Positions 29,731 to 40,839 of a stretch of 64,000 bases of DNA are shown here, one piece after another. Within the stretch, counting starts at the first letter, position 1. The number at the start of each line of letters is the position of its first letter. A model generated the notes under the pieces. It saw only the letters and a program-made list of their open reading frames with translations, did not search any database and was not told the origin of the DNA. The stretch comes from a virus. The stretch covers positions 3,096 through 67,095 of IMG/VR virus record IMGVR_UViG_3300012162_000002; one strand, 5' to 3'. A program made the position numbers and the translations under genes.

Positions 29731-29792
29731 AATACATAGACAAGATTTAATCAAAATGCTATAATCAAACTACATTGTAGGGAGGTGATAGC

Positions 29793-30041
29793 TTGACCGA
29801 TAGAGAAATGTTAGAATTGATTCTAACAAAAGTAACAACGCTGGATTCTGATATGCAGAATGTCAAAACGGACATTCAGGACATGAAAACAGATATCAAG
29901 GAAACAAAATCCGACATTATAGAAATGAAGTCAGATATCAAGGAAATGAAAGAAATGGATAAAGATATTCTGAATGAGGTTGAAAGAGTCCATGAAATAT
30001 TTGAAAAGAAATATAATGAACTAAACAGAAAAATATCATAA
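29793..30041 (+). CDS. small coiled-coil protein with heptad repeats
   Basis: DIQDMKT/DIKETKS/DIIEMKS/DIKEMKE; GGAGG RBS; terminator hairpin at about 30053-30087. Confidence 0.75.
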   Translation: MTDREMLELILTKVTTLDSDMQNVKTDIQDMKTDIKETKSDIIEMKSDIKEMKEMDKDILNEVERVHEIFEKKYNELNRKIS

Positions 30042-30268
30042 ATGTAACTTTTTAAGAGTAACCTATAAAACGGTTGCTCTTTTTATTATTTACCATGCAA
30101 ACAATTATAGAAGCAACAAACAATAATCACTTTTCTAAGAATCCTAACCACCGCTCAAACGGGACATACGGCAAACTTAGAAATGGTTTAGATGTTAATT
30201 GAAAAATGCTAATGATTGCTTGTATGAATAAGTGATAAAAGAAAAATCAAAGCAGGAGGGTTAAAAAC

Positions 30269-31423
30269 ATGGCAATCAAAACAGTATCTTTTTACCACAT
30301 TGAAGAAATACAAAAGACACTTGACAGGCTTGTTAAAAAGTCAGAAAAACACGGCATCGAATTTAGCTATACAGTATCAGGTAATCCGTATTATAAAACT
30401 GTATATGTGTACAATACAGACGGTCATACAGTTGATAATAAGCCGACAGCAGAATATAAAGTTGAAGTAATCGACATTGAATTAACGGATACTATCATAT
30501 GTGCTAATGGATGGACAGTAGCAGCCCATATCGAGCATTTAGAAGGTGGAAATATCATAACTCCTATTGGTCACTCAGGAGAAATTCCGAAAGAATGGTA
30601 TAATATATCTGGTAACTGTGATCACTGTAATAGTAATCGACACAGAACGAAAACATACATTGTAGAACGCAATGGTGAATACAAACAAGTCGGTTCCGGC
30701 TGCCTAAAAGAATATACTGGGATTTATCCGGAATTAGCCATCAAATGGGCACAAATACATGATATGGTTATTGAAAATGTTATAGGTGATGAAAGCCTAT
30801 ACGATATGTTTGGAGGTAATCTTCCTAAAGCATATGACGTTATTAAAGTCGTAGCACTTGCAATTGATAGCATAAAAGAATTTGGCTACTGCAAAGCTGA
30901 TGCTATACCTTCTACCAAAACTAGAATTTTAAAAATGTTTGATACAGAGGAACCAACTTCTGAAGCATTAAATAAGGCTAATATCTTTTGCGAATATGTG
31001 AAAAACTACAAAGGAACGGAAGATATTATTCTTAATGTAAAAGCAATTGTTCTATCTGGATACTGTAAATACAAGCATTTTGGACGCCTTGCGTATCTTC
31101 CGGTTGCCGTAGAACGAGAACTAGAACGTATCAAACAAGCCGAAGAGAGAGCGATTGAAGCAGCGAAAAGCAACTATATAGGAGAAATTGGCGAACGCTT
31201 AAAAATTTCATTAGCAAATGCAAAGTTGATAAGCAGCTATGAAAATCAATACGGATACACATACATTTACAGATTTGTTGATACCGAAGGGAATATATTA
31301 ACATGGTTTGCAAGCAAATCTATAGAAACGGATACAATAAAAACAGTTACCGGGACAATCAAAAACCACAAAGAGTATAACAGTGAAAAGCAAACAATTT
31401 TGACACGTTGTAAAGTAGCATAA
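30269..31423 (+). CDS. hypothetical phage protein with C-terminal OB-like domain
   Basis: CDHC...GSGCLK; C-terminal GEIGERL...GTIKNHKEY...TILTRC strand pattern. Confidence 0.65.
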   Translation: MAIKTVSFYHIEEIQKTLDRLVKKSEKHGIEFSYTVSGNPYYKTVYVYNTDGHTVDNKPTAEYKVEVIDIELTDTIICANGWTVAAHIEHLEGGNIITPIGHSGEIPKEWYNISGNCDHCNSNRHRTKTYIVERNGEYKQVGSGCLKEYTGIYPELAIKWAQIHDMVIENVIGDESLYDMFGGNLPKAYDVIKVVALAIDSIKEFGYCKADAIPSTKTRILKMFDTEEPTSEALNKANIFCEYVKNYKGTEDIILNVKAIVLSGYCKYKHFGRLAYLPVAVERELERIKQAEERAIEAAKSNYIGEIGERLKISLANAKLISSYENQYGYTYIYRFVDTEGNILTWFASKSIETDTIKTVTGTIKNHKEYNSEKQTILTRCKVA

Positions 31424-31672
31424 TAAACAAAGGAGTAAATTTACTTTGAAAAAATATTACTATTGTGACGGCGAATCAGAAAAAAGAAATTTTTCAGACC
31501 GTGACATGTTTCGTTCCTATCTTATCAATGTAGACAAGAAAGAATATCCGACTTTTGCGGGCTGGAAGTGGGACATGTTAAGAAGTGGAGTATTTAAAAA
31601 TCAATCAATCAAAAGCTACTGACTCAATAAGTTGGTAGCTTTTAAAATTCAGAAAAAATGGAGGAAAATATT

Positions 31673-31906
31673 ATGAAAAAAATAGCTTTATTAGATTTAT
31701 TAACAAAAGAAAAGGAGATTTGTTATAATATAGACTTTCTAAATGATAAAATTTATGAGCAGGAACAAATGATTTTATTAGAATATTCTTTCTTAAGTAA
31801 TACCGTTATAAGAGATAAAGAAAAATTGAAAACAGAAAATGAAAACCTTTTAAGAATTAGAAATGGAATAAAGGAATATATCCATGAATATTTAGGAGGG
31901 GTATGA
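31673..31906 (+). CDS. hypothetical protein
   Basis: GGAGG RBS. Confidence 0.6.
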   Translation: MKKIALLDLLTKEKEICYNIDFLNDKIYEQEQMILLEYSFLSNTVIRDKEKLKTENENLLRIRNGIKEYIHEYLGGV

Positions 31907-31968
31907 AATGACAATTCAGACGGTGAAACATGGTCGGCTTTTAAAATTCAGAAATGGAGGAAAGTATT

Positions 31969-32433
31969 ATGCATAAATATATATTTGTCAATGGGAAAGA
32001 ATTATCAGTATTTCCCCAAACTTATACTGTACACCACGAAAACTATCACGCAATATCTTATAAGGGGTATCCGATTATAGAAATCGAAAACGAAAAAATT
32101 GCGGATGCTATTAGAGAAATCGAAGTAACTGGAAAATATAACGGCTTTTCTTTTGTGGATGCCATACAAGAAGTTGATAAAAAAGAGGATGTAAGACTAC
32201 AGAAAATATGCGAAAAATGGGATAAAATCCATGAAGAAATCAAGAAAAAAGAAGCTGAAAAAGAGAAAAGAAAGAAGAAAATAGTAGAATATGTGGATAC
32301 AATTCTATCTAAAAAGTATCCATTCTGTCGCTTAGTTTACAATATGTTGGATGAAAATATTGAAAAATATGGAACGTTTACAATTCATTATTCTGGCAGG
32401 TGGATCAATATACCGGTATCAGAAGCGTTATAA
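31969..32433 (+). CDS. hypothetical protein
   Basis: GGAGG RBS. Confidence 0.65.
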   Translation: MHKYIFVNGKELSVFPQTYTVHHENYHAISYKGYPIIEIENEKIADAIREIEVTGKYNGFSFVDAIQEVDKKEDVRLQKICEKWDKIHEEIKKKEAEKEKRKKKIVEYVDTILSKKYPFCRLVYNMLDENIEKYGTFTIHYSGRWINIPVSEAL

Positions 32434-32450
32434 GAAAGAGGGGGAATATT

Positions 32451-32696
32451 ATGTGTACTATTGATTGGATTTTAAGCAGAGAAGAAAGTTTTCGTTATCA
32501 AATGCTTAGTAGGTTAAAATTAGATTGTGATTATTATTTAGGGTATGGGAACAGAAACCATAAAAACCTTTGGTCGGGCGATGAAAGAGAACAAATAGAA
32601 ATCATGAAAGCTATCTGGGATAGCTTTTCGTTAGAAGAAAAACCGGAATGGTTAACATTGGAGAAAATTGAAAAATATGAAAATGAGATGCTTTAA
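32451..32696 (+). CDS. LPD11-like domain protein
   Basis: RYQMLSRLKLDCDYYLG...LWSGDEREQI...KPEWLT pattern recalled for this family. Confidence 0.55.
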   Translation: MCTIDWILSREESFRYQMLSRLKLDCDYYLGYGNRNHKNLWSGDEREQIEIMKAIWDSFSLEEKPEWLTLEKIEKYENEML

Positions 32697-32728
32697 AATA
32701 TCCAATTTATTTTAGGAGGTATTAGGAG

Positions 32729-33172
32729 ATGAAAAGAATCAAAAGTTTAACAAATCATGTCGTGTGTGAATTATCAAATAGAGAAATGAAAGACAGGAAT
32801 ATATCAAGATATGTATTAATCACGAGGGAAGAAATGGAATATCAAAGTAATATGAGAGAAATTGAATTTGAAGCTGATAGCATACAAGAGTTAATTGACT
32901 TTGTAAATAGTAAGGAGGAAGGGGCAGTCATGACAAAATCAGAGTATGTAAAATGTGAAAAACTTATGATTAATGCTATTTGTTTAGGAAAACAGGTTAA
33001 TGATGAATTTAAAAAGGCTGATGCATACCTTAAAGTTGCAGAACTACATAAATGGGAAATTGAACAAAGAAAAGCTGATCAACACTATGGTCAAGTTATT
33101 GGAGTGAATCAAGTGCTTGTTTCGTTAGGTTTTAAGCATGAAAAAATGAAAGAACTTAGTAGACTATTATAA
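32729..33172 (+). CDS. hypothetical protein
   Basis: ORF track, RBS. Confidence 0.6.
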   Translation: MKRIKSLTNHVVCELSNREMKDRNISRYVLITREEMEYQSNMREIEFEADSIQELIDFVNSKEEGAVMTKSEYVKCEKLMINAICLGKQVNDEFKKADAYLKVAELHKWEIEQRKADQHYGQVIGVNQVLVSLGFKHEKMKELSRLL

Positions 33173-33427
33173 AATGAATCTTTGAAGGAGGAAAAAGTAT
33201 GTTACTCAGAAAACGTATGGTAGACAGATTATGTACTATAACAAGAATTCCTGAAGTTGAAATTTTGGAATATTTAGATAATAATCCGATTGTTGAAGTA
33301 GACATAAAAGAGCTGTTAAGAGATGGTAAACCATTTGAAGATATATTAACAGATATAGCACATTGTATAATGGATTAACTAAGATATTAGTCTCCGGCGG
33401 TATTCAGGAGAAAGAGAGGAATATGAA

Positions 33428-33760
33428 ATGAGACTTAGAGAGAAAAATATAGCAGAAAAATTCAATATTTTAGATAAAGTTCAGAAGTTAGAATTTGACC
33501 TTTTGAACATTGAAGGTGTGACAGAGGTGGAGTTTGATCTTTGTGGATTTTACGACAATATGAATCAAGTGATATTCCTTACTAAATATGATATTACTGT
33601 AAATATAAAAGATTACTTCCAGAAGAGAGAACAATTAATAAACAAAGTTATTGATGTTTCAAAAGCCAATGGACTAGAACGGACAGAGGATAGAATTGAA
33701 GACTATGGAGAACATTTCTATTTTGTTATGAAACATGATAAAAATTGGTTAACTCAATAA
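33428..33760 (+). CDS. hypothetical protein
   Basis: ORF track, RBS. Confidence 0.65.
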   Translation: MRLREKNIAEKFNILDKVQKLEFDLLNIEGVTEVEFDLCGFYDNMNQVIFLTKYDITVNIKDYFQKREQLINKVIDVSKANGLERTEDRIEDYGEHFYFVMKHDKNWLTQ

Positions 33761-33769
33761 AAACTAAAT

Positions 33770-34117
33770 TTGAAAGGGAGAAAAGTCATGAAAAGAACAT
33801 TTAAAGCGGCAATATTGCTTATATTAGCATTATTAATCTTACTAACACCTATCGCATCACAAGCCAAAATACCCGCAACACGTACGTTTACAGGCACATA
33901 TTATGATTATATGTGTATTATTACTAAGTCTGGTAAAGAAATACTTTTACCGGATAGGCAGGCAGCAAGCAATAAATACATGAGATGGAGTAAGAATAAG
34001 GAATGTTATATTCCTATATTCAGAGATGGACAAAAGGTTAAAGTAACGCTTAAAGTCGGAATACATGGAAAATATAGAGTTTTGAAAGTGGTTAAGATTA
34101 AAAATAGAAAATATTGA
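33770..34117 (+). CDS. putative secreted protein
   Basis: Signal peptide MKRTFKAAILLILALLILLTPIASQA. Confidence 0.65.
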   Translation: MKGRKVMKRTFKAAILLILALLILLTPIASQAKIPATRTFTGTYYDYMCIITKSGKEILLPDRQAASNKYMRWSKNKECYIPIFRDGQKVKVTLKVGIHGKYRVLKVVKIKNRKY

Positions 34118-34159
34118 AATCTCTATAAAATGTGATATAATCAAAGAAAATGGGAGTGG

Positions 34160-34519
34160 ATGGACATGAATTTATATGAAATAAGAATGCGGCATTATGC
34201 CCCAAAAGACAGTAAAGAAGGAATCATCTGCTATTTATTAACAGAATCGAATGAAAAGGTCTATGAATGGATAAAGTCAGAGCCTAAAATTGAAGGATGT
34301 GAGTTATATAATTCATGGATGTATGATGATGATCCCAACGAAGAGGGATTCAAAGAGAGAATCATTAAGTGTAATGGTGATATGTATGACGATGAATCGG
34401 AAGTATATGACTTATATTATGGAGCAACCCAATATGGGTGGAGATTGATAAAAGAAAATATTTCAGAAGAAACAGTTTTGATAATTAAAGCGTGCGGAAT
34501 AAAGGTATTTACATGTTAG
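34160..34519 (+). CDS. hypothetical protein
   Basis: ORF track. Confidence 0.65.
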   Translation: MDMNLYEIRMRHYAPKDSKEGIICYLLTESNEKVYEWIKSEPKIEGCELYNSWMYDDDPNEEGFKERIIKCNGDMYDDESEVYDLYYGATQYGWRLIKENISEETVLIIKACGIKVFTC

Positions 34520-34564
34520 AAGTAAGGTAATTGAAAATTATTTATACATAGAATTGTGATTTGA

Positions 34565-34792
34565 ATGACAATAATAATGGAGGTAAACAAAATGAATATA
34601 GAAGAAGCATGGGAGAACATGACACAACTTGTAGGGGTAGGGATATATGATAGTTACAGGCAATCCATAGATCCCGATCAGTCCGTGGACGATAACGGGA
34701 CTGCTTGTTATAATGGATATATCATAACGGTAAATAATATAGACTATCATTATACAGCGGCAGAAATGGAAGCATTTGCGGAGACATGGTGA
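34565..34792 (+). CDS. hypothetical protein
   Basis: GGAGG RBS before MNIEEAW. Confidence 0.6.
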   Translation: MTIIMEVNKMNIEEAWENMTQLVGVGIYDSYRQSIDPDQSVDDNGTACYNGYIITVNNIDYHYTAAEMEAFAETW

Positions 34793-35096
34793 CAGATGAG
34801 GGATAGGACTAAGACAATGAATCAGTGAAATAATGTGGGAATTGAAAGCAGTATATCAGGATTTATGCACTAAAAAATAAGACTGCTTATAAACAGCCTT
34901 ATTTTTTAGGTTAGTACCTAAGCATATGCATATATCATTGTTTCAATCCACGGCGGTCAGAATTGGTAACCGCTCCAAACATAATACCATCCTACTATGT
35001 TTGACATTTTCATTATAATAGGTCAAGATAGTGCTGTCAAGTGGAATCTTATCAAATTTATTATGATAATTATGCTTTTATAAGGGGGAAAAAACG

Positions 35097-35609
35097 ATGT
35101 TAAAAAAATTACGCATCAACAATGAATGGGTATATCATTCGTCAAAATGGTGTAAAGGTATTAAGAATATAAGCGATATTTTGTATATTACCCATGATGC
35201 TATTAGAGATGACACATCTCAAATAACGGTAAACTACAATAAGGGAAATCCAATAATATACAGACGTTCAAATTGGGAAAAGACATGGGTGGAATGTAAC
35301 CGCTCTAGAATAGTAGAAGAAATATTAAATCGCTTCAAAAGGTGGGAATCCTTAATAATATCAAAAGAAGAATGCTATTTTTTTGAAAATAGCGTCGATT
35401 TGCTATGTGAATTATTTCCTGATGCAGAAATAGCGCACAAAGATGAATTTAATTTACATCTTGGCTGTGAAATAAAGGTAGAAAGAGATAGGATGTACAG
35501 AAATTGCTCACAAATAAAAATCATACCTATGGAGCATAACAAATATGGAAATTTGTATCCCGGTCATACAAATTTTCTATTTGCAAGAACAGAAATAAAT
35601 ATTACCTAA
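35097..35609 (+). CDS. hypothetical protein
   Basis: ORF track, RBS. Confidence 0.6.
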   Translation: MLKKLRINNEWVYHSSKWCKGIKNISDILYITHDAIRDDTSQITVNYNKGNPIIYRRSNWEKTWVECNRSRIVEEILNRFKRWESLIISKEECYFFENSVDLLCELFPDAEIAHKDEFNLHLGCEIKVERDRMYRNCSQIKIIPMEHNKYGNLYPGHTNFLFARTEINIT

Positions 35610-35785
35610 AGCGTAATTACCCCCTACGGAGTACCTGAGATGATGGATACACCGCCCATCCAAAATAATTACGCTTTTATTATGCTTAAAAACAATATTA
35701 TACATGTTTTTATGTGTTATTACTTCCATTATATAGTAATAAGTGGTATAATTTGACTTATTAAAATATTTGGAGGTATGAGGGT

Positions 35786-36943
35786 ATGGGAAGAAAAATT
35801 ATTTTAATGATTCTTTGTACAATGCTGGGATTTGTATTTGTAGCGTGTGGATATAATAGAGACAATGAGAGAAATACCACGGATATATCCGAAGCAAAAG
35901 AATCGGATTTTATTTTAGACATGATAAAAGGACTTGAGGCACGCTGGGAGGTTCCTGACAATAGCGAAGGTATAGATATTGACGTGGACAAATCAGAACA
36001 AAGAGTACAAGTAGAATTGGATAATATTGAAAAATACAAGTTGGCGAAATTTTCTGACAAAGACTTTCAAACACTTGCAATGGATTATCTGGATGCTGTT
36101 TTAATACAGAAAGAAGCAATATTGCATGCAAAGTCAGGTGACTACACGAAGTATGACGAGCTATGGGGAAAAGGATATAAAAAACGTAGCTTAATCATTT
36201 ATCAACTTTTTGAAAATTACAATTTAAAAGTTTCGGACAAATATAATGACAGCATTCAAGAATTAATTAGTGTTGGAGAGATACAGTTAAAAACTGAAGA
36301 AAATAAAAAAGAAATAGAAGAATGGCTTAAAACAATTAAATTCTCTAAAGGGGATAAGGATTATACTTATCAAGCAATTACTCAAAATCCAACAAATATT
36401 ACATTTTCATATATAAACTTAAATATTAATTTAATTGACAAAGACGGCATTGTGATAAATTCTACATATTCCTCTATTAATAATATTGATCCTAATTCAA
36501 AAATACGTTTTGAATTTTATAATGATAAAGATTTTGTGCAAACAGACGCAACAGCAGATTATCAAATAGCTGACAGTGAGAATTATATAACTGAAAAAGT
36601 TAGAGGTATTATAAATGATGTTGATTCGCCTACTATAATGGACACTTTAAGTGATGAAGAAAAGGAAAGATATGATATTGCAATAATGGGATATAATAAA
36701 ATATATGATAATCTTAAAAATCCAAGTAGTTTAACAATTTATGGAGTAAAATACAATGAAAATAAAAAAATGGTTATCTTTAAATATACGGCTTCAAACA
36801 GTTTTGGTGGTGAAGTAACAGAGTATGCAGCGTATTCTTCTTCAGGTATAATTGACACAGAATATGGAAGTTCATATTGGCAATCTAATAATGCCATTGA
36901 TATGGATTGGAATAAAATACTAGAATATAGTAACTCGAAGTAA
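35786..36943 (+). CDS. lipoprotein (moron-like), FxLYD-like central domain
   Basis: Signal II with FVAC lipobox; NPTNITFSYINLNINLIDKDG beta-sandwich. Confidence 0.7.
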   Translation: MGRKIILMILCTMLGFVFVACGYNRDNERNTTDISEAKESDFILDMIKGLEARWEVPDNSEGIDIDVDKSEQRVQVELDNIEKYKLAKFSDKDFQTLAMDYLDAVLIQKEAILHAKSGDYTKYDELWGKGYKKRSLIIYQLFENYNLKVSDKYNDSIQELISVGEIQLKTEENKKEIEEWLKTIKFSKGDKDYTYQAITQNPTNITFSYINLNINLIDKDGIVINSTYSSINNIDPNSKIRFEFYNDKDFVQTDATADYQIADSENYITEKVRGIINDVDSPTIMDTLSDEEKERYDIAIMGYNKIYDNLKNPSSLTIYGVKYNENKKMVIFKYTASNSFGGEVTEYAAYSSSGIIDTEYGSSYWQSNNAIDMDWNKILEYSNSK

Positions 36944-37127
36944 AGAAATCTAATATATTTTCGATAGTATTAAACCTGATACATCAGTTATAATGAACAA
37001 TATAAAATAATAATAAAAACATCAATCGAATATGGTTGATGTTTTGTTTTGGAAAAATAATATGAAAACTAGTTGACAACGTGATAACTATATGATATCA
37101 TGTATTTATCAACAGGAGGGAACAATT

Positions 37128-37307
37128 ATGGCAAGAAAAAACTTTGCAACCTCTATTGATGAAGAAATATCAAAGGAGTTTAAAATTACTTGTATAAAAA
37201 ATAATGAGCCAATGAACACAGTATTAGAAAGGTTCATGGATGCTTATTCTAAAGGAAAATTTAAATTAGAACTCCGATATGAAAATAATCAATACGAGGA
37301 AAAATAA
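37128..37307 (+). CDS. ribbon-helix-helix (CopG-like) regulator
   Basis: RKNFATSIDEEISKEFKITC; promoter TTGACA-17-TATCAT upstream. Confidence 0.7.
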   Translation: MARKNFATSIDEEISKEFKITCIKNNEPMNTVLERFMDAYSKGKFKLELRYENNQYEEK

Positions 37308-37648
37308 GAATGACGGTTGCCGACTACCAATCAAACAAACCGCCATTCACTAGACAATAGACCTAAGTCTAAAGCTATCTTAATTATAGCAAATCTTAAG
37401 ACTTTTGTCAAAAGTCAGTTTTCCCAATTGATAAAGGAAAATTGAATAAACTGGGACGTAGCCAGTATAAAAACGTAGCGTGAAGTGAAATAGTCCAACG
37501 GATGAAGCATGAATCATAATTATATTGTGGTGGTCTTTCCGTAACTTGCAAAAGTAGACACGTTTAATAGGTCTTTTAGATAAATAAAAATAAAAGGCTG
37601 ATACTGATAATATCAACCTTTTACATAACATTGACACCTATAGAAAGT

Positions 37649-37660
37649 GAACAAATGTTT
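37649..37660 (+). promoter_or_regulatory. LexA (SOS) box overlapping a promoter
   Basis: GAACAAATGTTT, downstream of TTGACA at 37631. Confidence 0.55.
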
Positions 37661-37695
37661 CGATTCCAGATTCATTTTACACTTTCTTTTGTTAT

Positions 37696-38610
37696 ATGTC
37701 AATGGAAAATAAAAACATAAAAAAGAAAGGTGAAGAAAAAATGAAAGAAAAAATTATGGTTGGAACTATGGAAAATTCCATAACAAGAAAGAAAAGAGCA
37801 AAGGACATTACTCAAAATGCATTCTCAATCGGAACTAAGAAAGTTGCATGGATTCCGGTTGAATTATTGGTAATCAAACAGTACCAACGGAACCGGCAGA
37901 AACATATAACCTCTATCGCTGAAAACTGGGACAATAGCAAATGTAATGTTCTGTTAGTGTCTTATGACAGCGTAAATGGTGTATTCAACGTCATGGACGG
38001 GCAGCACAGAGCCGCTGCCGCCAGAATGAGGGGCGTTGAATACCTGGTCTGTGAAATATTCCAGGATATGACCATTTCAAAAGAAGCATTATATTTTGTA
38101 AGCCAGAACATCAACACAAAGAAACTCAGCCCGTTTGACACGTTCAATGCCAATCAGTATATAAACGGTGAGGACGAAACAGATCTTTGCAAACTTGACA
38201 AAGAAATCAAAGCCGTTTGTGAAAAATACAATGTTGATGTTAAAAAGTCAAACGCTGCGAACTGTATCAAAAGTGTAAGTGAAGCACGTTCCATTGTTAA
38301 ACGGGACGGTAAAGAAGGACTCTCTTATGTAATTGAAATCATTCAGGAAAGCAACTGGGACAGCTTCACAGACGGTTATGCAGGAGATTTAATGAACGCT
38401 TTAGGAAAAGTATACTTTAAGACAAAAGGTGGATACGATGAAAGAATGCGGTTAATTGGATTTTTCAAAGGCAGCAACCCCACGGAGCTTGTAGCTATCG
38501 CAAACAATAATCATCCTAATTTGGGTAGACGGGCAAGGCTCAATGCTACCATTGATGAAATTATAGCAGAGCCGGAAAAACCAAGTAAAAAGGTAACTGC
38601 AATTGCATAG
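37696..38610 (+). CDS. ParB/Srx-fold protein (DUF6551-like)
   Basis: YQR...LLVSYD...FNVMDGQHRAAA motif. Confidence 0.7.
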   Translation: MSMENKNIKKKGEEKMKEKIMVGTMENSITRKKRAKDITQNAFSIGTKKVAWIPVELLVIKQYQRNRQKHITSIAENWDNSKCNVLLVSYDSVNGVFNVMDGQHRAAAARMRGVEYLVCEIFQDMTISKEALYFVSQNINTKKLSPFDTFNANQYINGEDETDLCKLDKEIKAVCEKYNVDVKKSNAANCIKSVSEARSIVKRDGKEGLSYVIEIIQESNWDSFTDGYAGDLMNALGKVYFKTKGGYDERMRLIGFFKGSNPTELVAIANNNHPNLGRRARLNATIDEIIAEPEKPSKKVTAIA

Positions 38611-38982
38611 CAAATAACTTGTATGTAACTTGTGTCACGTCAAATAGATATAATCCGTGACGTAATCAAACTGTATATTGATACGGTTGATCGGATGTTA
38701 AAAGAAGTTGGAACAAGTAATTAAAACTTAGGAATTGTACTTGTCAAATGGTACAAGTCCTTTTCTATTAAAACCAATAAGTAAAGGAGAAAAAATATGG
38801 CTCATAAATTATGGTGTGGAAAAGAATGTTGTAAATGCAAAGGGTGTAACCTGGATGAAAAAATTCCATGTTCTCCAAATTGTGAAAATTTAAATCAGGA
38901 CGGAACAAGAGAAATTAAAAAATGCATTGAATGTAAATGTGATGCTATTGAAGATGAAGAACGCTAACAACGTTCTTTTTTA

Positions 38983-39606
38983 ATGCCTAGAATGGCAGGA
39001 AGAGAGGTAAATATTATGTTAGATAAAAATAATAATATAATTAAAATAGGCGATATAGTGAGAATCGAGGGATCACCAATTAAATCAGATAATGCGGTTT
39101 ATGTAGTTGTGCAGGACGGAACAAGTAAATTGTATTCTGATAAAGATAATTTAACAATGTATAAAGTTGCCAAATATCAAGGAAGTTACACATTGTCCAA
39201 AGCAAAATATAATATTTGCTTTTACCCTCTTTCCAATTTCTCAAATAAATATAAATTTACAAGAGAAGAAATGAACGCTGCAACGATTGGAATAATAGAG
39301 CAAGCGAAACCGGAAGTATTTGAAATTGTGAAAACTGATAACAGATCAGAGGCAACCGGCTACGGATTCGAGAAGCCCGAAGATGATTATTTTCGAGCGG
39401 TAGTGTCAGAAGGTGAAAGACAAATTGAAGACTTTACCTATTTGGTATCAGAAGCAGACAAAATGAAAGCGGTATTCTCTAATATTATCATAAAAGAAGG
39501 GCAGGTACTGGAAATTACAAAAAATAATAATAATTGGGGTTATCCTTACAGAACCGGTTACAAATATATATTGAGGAACATTGAGTTAAAAAAAGAAACA
39601 AAATAA
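38983..39606 (+). CDS. hypothetical protein
   Basis: ORF track; likely start MLDKNNN. Confidence 0.65.
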   Translation: MPRMAGREVNIMLDKNNNIIKIGDIVRIEGSPIKSDNAVYVVVQDGTSKLYSDKDNLTMYKVAKYQGSYTLSKAKYNICFYPLSNFSNKYKFTREEMNAATIGIIEQAKPEVFEIVKTDNRSEATGYGFEKPEDDYFRAVVSEGERQIEDFTYLVSEADKMKAVFSNIIIKEGQVLEITKNNNNWGYPYRTGYKYILRNIELKKETK

Positions 39607-39667
39607 TCACGGCAGTGAATTCGTCATTGAAATTTAGTATTGCATAGAATGGCAGGAAGGTAAAAAT

Positions 39668-40324
39668 ATGAAAATTATAATAAAACAAGAAAGAGAATGG
39701 CATAGACCATATATAGTAAACGAAAAAGAAATAGAAAAGATTATCATTTATAAAGATGGGAAGATTTTAATTAATGTTCACAGAGGATGTTTAGAAAATG
39801 TCAACGAAAAATTTGAATCTTCATATGATTCAGATATTCGAGAAATTACAATTGACGGAGAAGTTAAAAGCGCAAGAAAAGAAAACTTAAACAGAAAAGA
39901 CAACTATTTACTAAGAGGACGGCGAACATATTCATTTGACAGAGGATATATTTTATATATTTATGTAACTAACATTTTTTCTGAATATAGTGAATTGCCA
40001 AAAGTAAAATATAATAGTGAATTGCTAAAAGTAGAATATAAAGATTATTTTTTATATGGTTATAAAGTAGAAATGAAATACAGTTCTATGATTCATGATC
40101 ATTACTTGAAATATTATGAAAAGAATGAAAATATAGACCCAGAGGATAGGCATAAAACTTTAGAACATCCGTTCTTAAAAGATTCTGAAGGAAATCTGAT
40201 TAAAACTCCCGATGGAAAAGAATTTGTAAGAGACGAAGACCGTTATTATTGTCTAAGAGCTAAAAATACATGGAGGAAAGATTTTATTATCTATAACGGT
40301 CTGTATATAAAAGAAGGGAAATAA
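39668..40324 (+). CDS. hypothetical protein
   Basis: ORF track. Confidence 0.65.
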   Translation: MKIIIKQEREWHRPYIVNEKEIEKIIIYKDGKILINVHRGCLENVNEKFESSYDSDIREITIDGEVKSARKENLNRKDNYLLRGRRTYSFDRGYILYIYVTNIFSEYSELPKVKYNSELLKVEYKDYFLYGYKVEMKYSSMIHDHYLKYYEKNENIDPEDRHKTLEHPFLKDSEGNLIKTPDGKEFVRDEDRYYCLRAKNTWRKDFIIYNGLYIKEGK

Positions 40325-40362
40325 AACCACATAAATAAAAAAGATAATGGAGGTATTATATT

Positions 40363-40839
40363 ATGTTTACACAACAGGAATGTATTTTAATGAAATTATT
40401 GGACTGTGGTAGTGCAGACTTATCCATTTTAGAAGACATACAATATGATCTAGATGATATTGTACAAGAGCTGTTAGATGATGGCTGTTTATCACTACAT
40501 GATATTTTAAGAAAAGTTTTTCAAGAAGGTATTTTAGAATTAGAGAATATATTGGAAATAAAAAAAGAAGAAGTAAAAGAAAATATTATTGATGAATTAA
40601 AAGAATTAATAGAAAAAATCACAGAAGACGAAGAAGAACAAATTGAATTGGAAATAAACCTGGAAACAGATCTGAAAACATTAGATGAATTAAATCCTGA
40701 AACGGATATCGATTATTATTTGAATTGTCTTGATACCCATGTGTATTTAAAACATTATGATATCTATTTAAAATATTTTGAAAGTGAAATTGGACAAATT
40801 GAAAATAACATGGGATGGGATTTTAAAATGGCATGTTAA
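40363..40839 (+). CDS. acidic hypothetical protein
   Basis: GGAGG RBS. Confidence 0.65.
   Translation: MFTQQECILMKLLDCGSADLSILEDIQYDLDDIVQELLDDGCLSLHDILRKVFQEGILELENILEIKKEEVKENIIDELKELIEKITEDEEEQIELEINLETDLKTLDELNPETDIDYYLNCLDTHVYLKHYDIYLKYFESEIGQIENNMGWDFKMAC

Noticed and set aside
29793-30041. 21-bp tandem repeats as a DNA repeat element
   Set aside because: Explained by the heptad repeats of a coiled-coil protein.
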